In this document: positions 26,201 to 35,800 of the stretch, one piece after another
Position numbering within the stretch: the first letter of the stretch is position 1
Layout of the letters: each line of letters begins with the position of its first letter
Source of the DNA: Pavona decussata
Lineage: Eukaryota
NCBI GenBank assembly: GCA_977016875.1
Contig: CDRNST010000294.1
Span: forward strand, 62,001-126,000
Direction of reading: 5' to 3'
Length of the DNA: 64,000 bases
Position numbers and translations under genes: made by a program
The notes under the pieces: generated by a model
What the model saw: only the letters and a program-made list of their open reading frames with translations
Told to the model about the DNA's origin: nothing
Database searches by the model: none

Positions 26201-28770
26201 CCGCTTTCAGTATCATCAAGTTACAAAAGTTACATGGTCAGTTTGAAAATGTATGATCGAGTTCTGGAGAACTATGGTTCAGTTGCTTTCGGAAAGTTTC
26301 AGTTCTCGCTAGCGAGTATTTCTTCAAAATTTGCCTGTGGTCTCCATGTTTTTCATTTTTTCAAAGAAGGAGAAGCCCTCGGGATGACACCAGCCAACAT
26401 GGCTGACGTAGATGCCATCGACGAGGAACTTCACATTTTTTTTTTTTTTTTATGACATATAATACAACAGATAGACTCCTGTTCTGACAACCTTGCGACT
26501 GAATACTTGGAAAGCAAACTGGAAGACTATGTTACCATTTTTTTTTTTTTTTTTTGGGGGGGGGGGGGGGGCATAATTTGCCAGTTGGAAATCATTGGTA
26601 AAGGTATACAGAGCAACGAAACGACCTCCGCATACTTCCGAAAAGGCTAAAAGTATATAAATTATCGCGTATGGAAAGCTAGACACGATATCCGGTCAAA
26701 TGAATACGAAACAGTCATTTTTGTGCAGAGATCTGGTATTATGTTCCACTTAAGAAGACAGGTGGTTGACCCATAGTTTGCACTGACCAATAGAGCAGCT
26801 TGTCAGTCCTTGCAAGACTAGCCCTGGTAACCTGGGCGAGAATTGTCATTTGTCTAAGCGTTAGTGAAAGAACTTTGTAACAGATGTTATAAAGGTGACA
26901 AGCCAAACACGACTCCCGCTGGTCGCTAAATGTACCTTAGACCTCTAGATAATGCTTTCCCGAGTACTTTTCTGAGAGGCGTCTCCTTTTTTTATCAAAA
27001 TGTGGTGAGATCTTTCTGCTGAATGGTGTGGACCTTTTGATCTTGATCATGAAGGAGAACAGTCAAGTTTTCTGAGTGGAGGTTTTCTTATCATTCGGAG
27101 CCGTCTGAATTAGTTTTTTTATGCCGTTGTGTACGCTAGCTCTAGGGCATTTGTTCAGGCTTATCGGCTCAAGTTAACTGCCGGATTTCAGAGAACACTA
27201 AATAAGCTAGCTTTATCTGCAAGGGCATAGGGACCGTAAATTTCTTTTTATCGTGTTTTTATCTGCAGTAGATAGTTCTCTCTAGTTCTCGCTAGCGAGA
27301 ACATGAAAACTCGCTAGCGAGAACTTAAACTTTCCGAAAGCAAGTGAACAATAGTTCTCCAAAACTCGATCATGCATTTTCAAACTGACCGTGTAACTTT
27401 TGTAACTCGATGATACTGAAAGCGGTTTGGATCAGGATTTTCAACTTGATATGCTTCTCGGAGTTGCGGCTTACCATGAATTGGCAAATGGTAAATCTAA
27501 TATGAAAACGAAAAAGAAGCATGTAAACTGACACAATGCGTGAAGAAGAATGCAGTTCAGTTAATTATCATATGACAGAGAAAGAGCCTTTATTATATTC
27601 GCTACTTGGAGCCGAATAAAAATTATGAGCTATTTAAGCGACATATTTTATTAAGGTCGGCTTACTCTGTTTTCCATTTCCATTGCAATAACATGACCAT
27701 GCTGATATTGAACGCACCTCGAGGAATGTAATGCTTTGACTGATAATAATGGCTTCCTAACTCTCCCGGGAATTATTTCACGCAAACCGATTTATTTTCA
27801 AAAGGGCTAATTGAGCAGTAAAGTAAGCTTCTAATTAAGCAACTGTTCATTGAAATTTCTTCCCGACAAACTTCCTTAGTCACCAAGTCACAGGTTTCAC
27901 AAGGATTCGTGTACCCTCGAAATTATTTTGTGCTTGGTAGAATAAGTGTTACTCTAATGGTACTTTATCAGTATCACAACAATGACTTATTCAAATAGCT
28001 ACCCCCTAGTAATTCGCAAAATTTCTGCCTGTTAACTGATGAACGCATCACGTCCGTTACTGGCCTTGTAATTTAAGGCAATTCTTTTAGTGTCTGCCTC
28101 TCAACTACTTTAAAGGATAATGGTAGACATATGAGGTATTTTAAAACAGACATTTGAAAATACCAGCGATAACACAATCTTTTAGAATGCAGGCAGTCAT
28201 ATGAAGAGTCATGTACAAGCCAGGCTTATGGGTGGCGGCTGTTCGTTGCAGTGGTTTAGGGTTGGGGAGTTACCTGAAAAAATAACCCGTTTATCTTACA
28301 TTTGCTGCAACCTCGAAGCAAACTTTTTTCATTGGTAAACGGCAAAACTGGTTGTGAGAAGTGTAAAGCATGACGAATTTACCGAATTAAAAAATGATTA
28401 TCAACCACTTATTCCTAACATTCATTTCTTCTGACTTATGACTAATCTTCTAATACTTGACGAATTTGTACTGTTATGTATTTTGTGGCAGAGATAAGTA
28501 CACCAGGTAAGAAAAAGTCTCTGACTTGCCTTTTTCCTTTTGGTCCCTGGAGAAGAGGAGATTTCTAGATCTTGCTTTGCCGAGCAGTGCGCCCAAAACA
28601 GCAACTAAAATAATGAGTATGATAACCAGTGTAACCACTGTAGCAATCATGCCTCTAGAAACAAACTTCCCTTGTGTAGCTGCAGTGGCTCGGCTACCTG
28701 ACTCCGTAGAATCTCGTATTCTAAATGAGTCGGTTCTCAGAGGTTTATTTTCTTGGTATTTTGCATCCAT
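14223..28770 (-). CDS. Complete M1 zinc aminopeptidase N-like type II membrane protein, 21 exons, 982 aa (paralog B)
   Basis: Exons (high..low): 28770-28530, 26053-25793, 24051-23874, 23626-23356, 22211-22091, 21906-21752, 21453-21340, 21259-21125, 20927-20862, 20713-20648, 20309-20128, 19746-19664, 19019-18895, 18308-18253, 17735-17585, 17450-17377, 16973-16863, 15982-15815, 15472-15329, 15182-15101, 14387-14223. Total 2949 nt with all phases consistent. Motifs: N-terminal TM helix, [51 protein letters not shown], catalytic Tyr (ITYEK), [19 protein letters not shown]. Confidence 0.95.
14778..15010 (-). mobile_element. LINE (L2/CR1) extreme 3' remnant in an intron of paralog B
   Basis: The - strand encodes ..[22 protein letters not shown], then a 3' UTR ending AATAAA and a (GTATT) tail. 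Confidence 0.55.
16009..16132. repeat. Short inverted-repeat (hairpin) element
   Basis: taagtc-atcacattgaagcgagttcactgtcca pairs with tggacagtgaattcgcttcaatgtgatggactta. Confidence 0.85.
18042..18192. repeat. Tandem duplication of about 72-78 bp
   Basis: ttagtttgaataactgtctcctc.gtgcttattctgtgcctgcg...gtgatgcctgacctgtttgactgtta occurs twice head-to-tail. Confidence 0.9.
19990..20083. repeat. (CAGTR)n pentanucleotide microsatellite
   Basis: Runs of cagtg and cagta. Confidence 0.9.
22824..23195. mobile_element. MITE with 14-bp TIR CAGGGGCACCCAAC and 6-bp TSD TTTCGT (hAT-like termini)
   Basis: tttcgt|caggggcacccaac ... gttgggtgcccctg|tttcgt. A degraded related left end lies at about 12050. Confidence 0.85.
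24095..24753 (+). mobile_element. Degenerate L2/CR1 LINE 3' fragment
   Basis: ..[19 protein letters not shown].. and [14 protein letters not shown].. are RT C-terminal motifs, followed by an AT-rich 3' UTR. Confidence 0.65.
24998..25188 (+). repeat. Dispersed repeat matching the CRE-type retrotransposon 3' UTR (copy of 61305..61462)
   Basis: Both sites share ttgaaaatagctctgttgtgcttcga..ttgtaaatagg..ttctacttttaacttgt..aataaagagatc. Here the copy is flanked by N gaps. Confidence 0.8.
26140..27485. mobile_element. Non-autonomous DNA transposon, about 1.35 kb, with long (about 170-bp) TIRs in intron 1 of paralog B
   Basis: ttgaaaatcctgatccaaaccgctttcagtatcatc..gttctcgctagcgag (about 26182..26316) is inverted at about 27310..27445. 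Weaker pairing extends outward. Exact ends are uncertain. Confidence 0.8.
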
Positions 28771-29448
28771 CCCTGCTCACTTAGTGAGGATCTCAAACCA
28801 TGAATCTCGACTGACGCTTGTGTTATATTAAGCTTTGTATTTTTGTATGCAAATAGCCTCGAGTGAAATTCCGTGCGAGTATCATTAGAATAAAACTTTT
28901 GGTTCCGATTCAGGAAACCGTAAAGGTTACAGATGTCAAATCTCTGAAACATAATTAACCAAAAGTCAATAATCACATTGACGATGGATATTTAATTAAA
29001 AGAAAAGACAGACGGAAGGCAATTTGCTTTTGAGGAAGAGAAAAAGATAAAATCGAAAGTAGAAGTTCTTTATCAGTCTTTCTCAGTTGAAAATGAGAAG
29101 GTCCGTAGCGATCGCACACGATTTATGAGAGCAGGAATGACTGAAAAGAAATCAGGCATAAAAAGTCAAAAGAAATGCAAACCGGTTTAATATACCATTT
29201 TAATGCGCTTGGCTCTTGTCGGGACCTGCAGCTCTTAAGTTTAGATAGAAATTTAATTGCTGTTTAGTTTGATATTTAACCTTATTTTTATATAGGTTAA
29301 AATCCTGAAGGCTAGATTACGCATGACAGAAATTTTGGAGGAAAAAAGCTCTTGTTTCGGCCATGCACGTTTCTTTTGTAAGGCACTGGGGACTAGTTCA
29401 ATTTTCACCCAGAAGAACCAAGAAGAAGTCTGGTAACCAGTTTGGTTA

Positions 29449-29459
29449 CAAAATGGCGG
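29449..29459 (+). promoter_or_regulatory. YY1-type motif near the probable BAP18 transcription start
   Basis: CAAAATGGCGG lies in the roughly 1.1-kb divergent spacer between the paralog B ATG (28770) and the BAP18 ATG (29856). Confidence 0.5.
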
Positions 29460-29855
29460 TCGGAACAAACAATCTGTAGCTAGAGCGTGTTTGAGTTGTT
29501 TTTTCATTCAATAACGATTTTTTCAGCTATATAGTAGGTCATTGAAGGTTGAAAGGTAGGTCTTTCTGATCAATGAGCGAATAAGAAATGGCTCAGCGCA
29601 AAACCTTGTTCAATGTTTGGGCAGATTTTTTTATTGCTTGTCAGCATGGGAAAGTACGTACCTTCAGGAGAAGTTAGGCTTTGTGGTCCTGGGTGATTGG
29701 TGAAACGTTTCATTGTGTTTTTATTTCTCTGTCTCACTTTTTTCGTAAGATATCGGGTTTTTAAGCTTACATCTTGATGTATGATACAACAGCTCATAAA
29801 GAAAATTAATGTTTTATTCTTAGTGTTGTAATGAGATGATCTGAAGATTTTTATC

Positions 29856-32800
29856 ATGAGTTCATCCGCAGCAAAGGTGAGCATTTAGTAGACTAGTTTA
29901 GTTATTTATATTTGCTTGTTTTTCGGTCAGTACACATTATTGCTGACTGTCCACTTGAAAGGTCAAGTTTACAAGCCACATACTAGACACATCTTGTTAT
30001 GAATATCCCCCAATAACGGCTAGTACGCCATGATAGTTCAAAGAAGCCGCATCGCGGTAAAACGTTTTTGTGTTGTTGTCCGTACTACAGCAATTATTAT
30101 ATCAGTATTTTTTATTATATACCAAGTAATATTTTATACTTAAAACTACAATCTTGTTAAATGGCTGGAAGTATCTTTCATTTTTGTGATGAAATTCACC
30201 CTCTCCTTAAATCAAAGATAAAGGCATACTGGTTTTGTATGAGGTCACTGCCCTTTGTACCAATGTGTCCTTGAATAAGTTGACAAAGCTTTCTGGTTCA
30301 GTAAAACCTATGACCTCAAACTACAAAAAGATCACATTGCCAGACTACCAACTATGTAGTTCAATGGCTGATGTCTTTATGTGTCATCTTGAGCAAAAGC
30401 TAGCTGATATATTGATGATACCCTAGTCAACAGACTGCCCAAAGCTGATACTGCAGCTGATTTCCTCACTACTCTCATTGGCCTCCATCCTAGCCTTGTG
30501 TTCATGATAGAACTTCCTGTTAAGAACGACATCCCTTTCATCTGCATCGAAATAATAAAAAATGGAATGAAACTTCAGGCACAAGATCACAGCAAACTGG
30601 CCAATACTGGTTTACTCTTGCATTTCCAAAGTCGTAGAGATTGTTTACTAAAAACTTACAGTGATACATTGTGCACACACTTTATGTTTCACTACTGAAG
30701 CCTTCAACCAAGATTACTCAAGATTACATTCCATGTTTATGCAGCTTTACTATCCCATGGGCCTAATGAACTTCACCATTAACAACTTCATTCTAAACAT
30801 TTCATCTGATAAAGAAATAGAAAAAGTTGATGATAGCAGTGTTATCAGAATCAGCCTTCCATTTAAGGATCAAAAACATCTACTGATGCAGTTAGAAAGT
30901 AAATGCATGATTTCTGTCTCAAGATTGCTTTGCTACCAGTTTTCATCAGCAAGAAACTGGAACAAACGCTGACGCTGTCAGAGATCAAGCCTTTGATTGT
31001 GAACTGGTGATCCATTGTGTATTTTATTTTCATGTGATCTGTGTGATGCAGATTATTCAGATTATGTAGCCCTTCAGCTTAACCAATGCATTTTCAAACA
31101 CAAGACCTCGGTGACTACCAAGTATTTATTATATTGGATGCTCAGGGGGACTAAAATCTACTCTTAGAAAGCTATTTTCACACATTGAGAAGTGTGAAGG
31201 GAAATTTGATTGCCTCACTTATGACCTGGTAATGGCGTTCAGTAAACATTGAAACATCCTAGATTTTCCTGGTTTTTATTATTCTCAAAATGGACTTGAA
31301 ATTAGCTATATTTTTTTTAATGAACTATCATTTTTAGGGAACCAGCCAACCACCCAATGCTATGAAAATTATAGAAGATATGTACACAATGAAATTTCTT
31401 GCCCCCAGCAGGAATCAAACCCACGGATTTCCAGTTACTAGTCTGGATGCTTTAACCACTGAGCTAATTGGGTGACCCATCCACATGAGTCACCCATAGC
31501 TCAGTGGTTAGAGCATCCAGACTACTAACTGAAAGTTGTGGGTTCGATTCCTGATGGGGACTCGGAAATTTTTTCCAAGAATTTTCCGTGTACATATCTT
31601 CTATTTCATAATAGTTTTTACCACAAATTATTTTTATACCTGAATAATTTTAAATAATTTTTATCAATACTTAGGTAGCTGAAATTTTCACAGCTGCTGG
31701 AGAAGCTTTTTCCCATTTGGGAGAACTGACAATGCAACTGCACCCATTAAATAGTGAGACTGGTGTGACGTCTCCCTTAGCATCAAGTGTAAGGTACTCA
31801 CACTTTTTTTGTTTTTATACTGTGGAGTCCCTCGGAAAATTGTGAGAATGGTACTCTATAAAATATTCTATCGATATTAGTTATTGTAGTTAAAATTAAT
31901 CAAGGCTCATTCTTCTCAATGCCAGGAAGAGTCACTGACATCAGGTGGCATGCTTTACCCTTTGTAGTTTCTTGTACCTTTTTAATCAACCTTGCGGAAG
32001 CCAGTTGATGCCCTTTTTTTGTTCTTTATTTATTTATTTATTCACCACCATATACAATGATAGAAAGTTACAGTGAATAATAGGCTAGGATCTTACATAA
32101 GTTTAGAGTGAATAATAAAAGTAACAGAAGAAGTAAGAAGTGGCAAGGAGACCTCAAGAAACCCCCGGGCTTATACTGAGAGGTCTCCTCCGAGATATGT
32201 TAGGACTGTAAGACTAGTAAAGACATTGTATTCAGATTTTTTAACATACGGTGGTAAGACTAAAAAACATAACAGAGTCGGACGTTTCATACAATTAACT
32301 GAGGAAATCAAGAAGCTTTCTTTTGAAGGTAGATAGACTAAGGGAAGGCGTAATCGATAATGGCAAAGCGTTCCATATTTTGGGCCCTCTAAAGATTATA
32401 GTAAATTGCTTGATATTAGGTTGGCAGGTTTGAGGTCGAAAATGAGCTGACGTTCTAGTATCATAATTATGAATTTGACCACCTGTCAGTTATTAAAAAA
32501 AATCTAGGATATTCAATTGTGCAAATAAAGGTGCAGAAGGTGAAAGGTGATTAGAATTTGTCATCAATATAAATACCTAAGAACTTAACTTCTGTTACTT
32601 GCTTGAGGGGTATACTGTATACTGTAATGGAGAGAAACCTCTACTCCAGCTCTCCCCCCCCCCCCCCCCCCCCATTTTTCACTCTTGTACTCACAGATTA
32701 AAGTCCTGTTCAATCCTGCAGTATCCTTCCAGGGATTTACAATTGCAAAAACCTTACAGTTAAGATTTCATTGGATTCTGTAAAATCTTACAGGATTCTT

Positions 32801-35800
32801 ACCCCTATATGGACAGGGAAGCAAAGTGACGATTTTGGTAGGTCACCATTTTCAATCAGGAATGTTGCCAATCGAAAGAGCGTCCAAAAACACGTAGTTG
32901 GGATACATTTTTTTTAGAAATTGGCGACCTAACCAAAAGTGCACTTTTTTGGTTAGCCTACCCTACCCCCCTCAGGGGCAGTTCTATGAGTCTGCTCCCA
33001 AGGGAGGCACAAAACCTACTCCATAGTAGGTTTTCTTGCATGCTGATTCCATTTTCAATGTTTTCACTTGACTCTGACGAAGGCAAAGTCAAATACTCAC
33101 CCCTATATGGACGGGGAAGCAAAGTGACGATTTTGGTAGGTCGCCATTTTCAATCAGAATTGTTGCCAATGGAAAGGGCGTCCAAAAACACGTAGTTGGG
33201 ACACATTTTTGTTAGAAATTGGCGACCCAACCAAAAGTGCACTTTATATATAATATATAATCTCATTGTAATTGGTTTCTGAAAAACCATTAGTGTATGG
33301 AATCAATAAAGTTGTATTTGTATTTATCATTGTCAACTATTTCATGGTAGACTTAACCGCTTTGCCATTTAGCCTGAAACATTTGATGCATTGCCAAACA
33401 ATTTCTTGTTGAGCTGTACCATATGAAGTTATGCTGGACTGGTTGTTATGCTGTGCTATTCAACATCATATTGAGCTATTTCAGGCAATGCTATGTCATT
33501 TGATGCTACGGTCAACCATTCTACATTACACTCAGCTATTTCACTTCATTTCATGTTACACTGTACCATTTGCGATTGCAATGTGTTGTTTGAACATCGA
33601 GAACTAGTCCATTTTCGTTTTGACTGTTCTACAATGCAAATAAAGGGCTATTCACACTTTGACTGGACTGTTTATAACTATTTCATGTTCCACTTCAATA
33701 TGACTTGCTAGACTGTTTGTGTTTTGGCTAGACCATTGTGTTTACACGTTCCTATTGCAGTGTAAAAAGTTGAATAGTTTGTACTTTGGCTGTGCCACTT
33801 TTCGATTGTCTGTGTTATTTTGTTATGGAGACTTGAACCATCTCTTTCTTGTTTGTACCGTTTGAAATTCATGTATTTTTGGTGGCAACCGGCTGCCCAT
33901 ACATTCTTTCTCATTGTGTTACTTAATATTACACATGTGAGAAACCTTTTGCGATACAAATACAGTGGAACCTCTCTTTAAATAATAAAAAATAAATAAA
34001 TCACTTTTATTATTTAATTGTCAAATGTAGTTAGCTCGCAGAACACTAATTGGGGACACTATCCCGGTTGAATCGGAATTTAGAAATGTTGGTTTTTGAG
34101 GAGAAGGGAAAACTGGAGTACCCATAGGAAAACCTCTCAGAGCAAGGATGAGAACCAACAAAACTTATCTATCCCACATATGAGGCGGAGTTCGGGGATC
34201 CATCCCGGGCCATATTGGTGGGAAGCGAGTGCTCTCACAACTGTGCCATCCGTGCTCCCCCTTACGCACACCTATTTAGTACGGAAACCTGCCTATTACA
34301 GACAGTTCACTTGGTCCCTGAGGGACTGAAATCCATACAAAGCATACTTCTTTAAAACAGATGCCTCTATAATATGGACACTTATTCGTGTCCCCTTGGT
34401 GTCTGTAATAAAGAGGTTGAACTATAATTAAGAACTTCTTCTGCATCTGGAAAGCTTATAAAATTTATTTTTGAGAGCTTGTTGTTTCATAAAATTATGG
34501 CGTTTTTTATGGGTAATAATAATAATTATTAATTCTCCTTTACTTTAATGTAAATCCAAAAGTAACAAAGGCCATTGTTCTGGAAACTGTACAATACATT
34601 TTATAGTGGTTTTCAAAGGCATTTACCTGTAAATATGGTCAAATGTTTCTTTCAGATATTCCTATACATTATTTCATTGCGTCATTAAAAAATTAATTTT
34701 GACAGTTGCAATCAGCATATAGATGTATGCTACACAATCGGAGACAAAGTAAAGATTTATTTTGATCTATCAGTTCAAACCCCAATGACTAACACCCTTT
34801 AAATTTGTTGTTTCAGCAACAGTGGGAAGTGGGGAGATGAGGAGATTGAGATGCTACGAAGTGCAGTAAAGAGATTTGGAGAAGATTTAAAGAAAATCAG
34901 TAGCCATGTTAAGAGCAAGTCTGTGTAAGGGAATTACACTGAGGATTAAATTAACCTTAGTTATGATTAGCTCAAATCCAACCATGCAGACACCCTCACT
35001 AGTTAGGTATTAGTTAAAGGATTATTAACTCTATGTAATGTACATCTAAGAAAGGAAGTCTTATGACACATAAACAGCTCAAATGTAGCTGCNNNNNNNN
35101 NNNNNNNNNNNNNNNNNNNNNNNNNNNNNNNNNNNNNNNNNNNNNNNNNNNNNNNNNNNNNNNNNNNNNNNNNNNNNNNNNNNNNNNNNNNNNNNNNNNN
35201 NNNNNNNNNNNNNNNNNNNNNNNNNNNNNNAGTGCCAAGCTAACTCAAGGTTAATTAGGGTAGCTCTCAACTAAAAATTACTATTTATATCAAACAGCAT
35301 TATCTACTAGTGAGAATATGACATGAAACAGAGAAATAAATCAACTAGTGGCTCATTTGGAGAAGAATAGTTGTGAAAAAAAACTAAAATGGATCATAAG
35401 CCAGATCCAGTTTGCGAGTCAGAAATCTTCAGACTGCTGTGGGATTTCAAGATACAAACAGGTTGCCACATAATTTGATCAAAATAAGCCAGAAATTTGT
35501 TCTTCTGAACAAGAAGGAAAAACCTGCCTTATTATCAACATTACCTGCTGCACCTTCAGCAGCAGGATAGACAGTAAGTTGAGGTACAAAGCTGAGAACT
35601 ACCATGATTTAAAGCATGAGATGAAATGGATTTGGAACTGCCGATTGGTCTTGGTCATTCCAAAAGTCATTGGTGCACAATGGGTACAGTCTTAGGCGGA
35701 TTTGGGTAAAAGTTGAAACTGCTTGAGATGTACAACATGGAGCTCTTGCAGCATGTGTGTTTGCTGAGGACCGCCAGAATCCTGAGAAAAGTGTTAGAAC

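Noticed and set aside
31489-31561. Possible tRNA gene
   Set aside because: The acceptor and anticodon stems are imperfect, and it belongs to a palindromic repeat with SINE-like tails.
33073-33098. CTGACGA-AGGC as an active hammerhead
   Set aside because: There is no GAAA box and no 3' strand for stem I.
1471-35270. ORFs containing X runs
   Set aside because: They span assembly gaps (1562..1728, 15603..15743, 24754..24901, 25189..25358, 35093..35230). Only the DRAGLIDDAFNLAR and 15815..15982 pieces are real exons.
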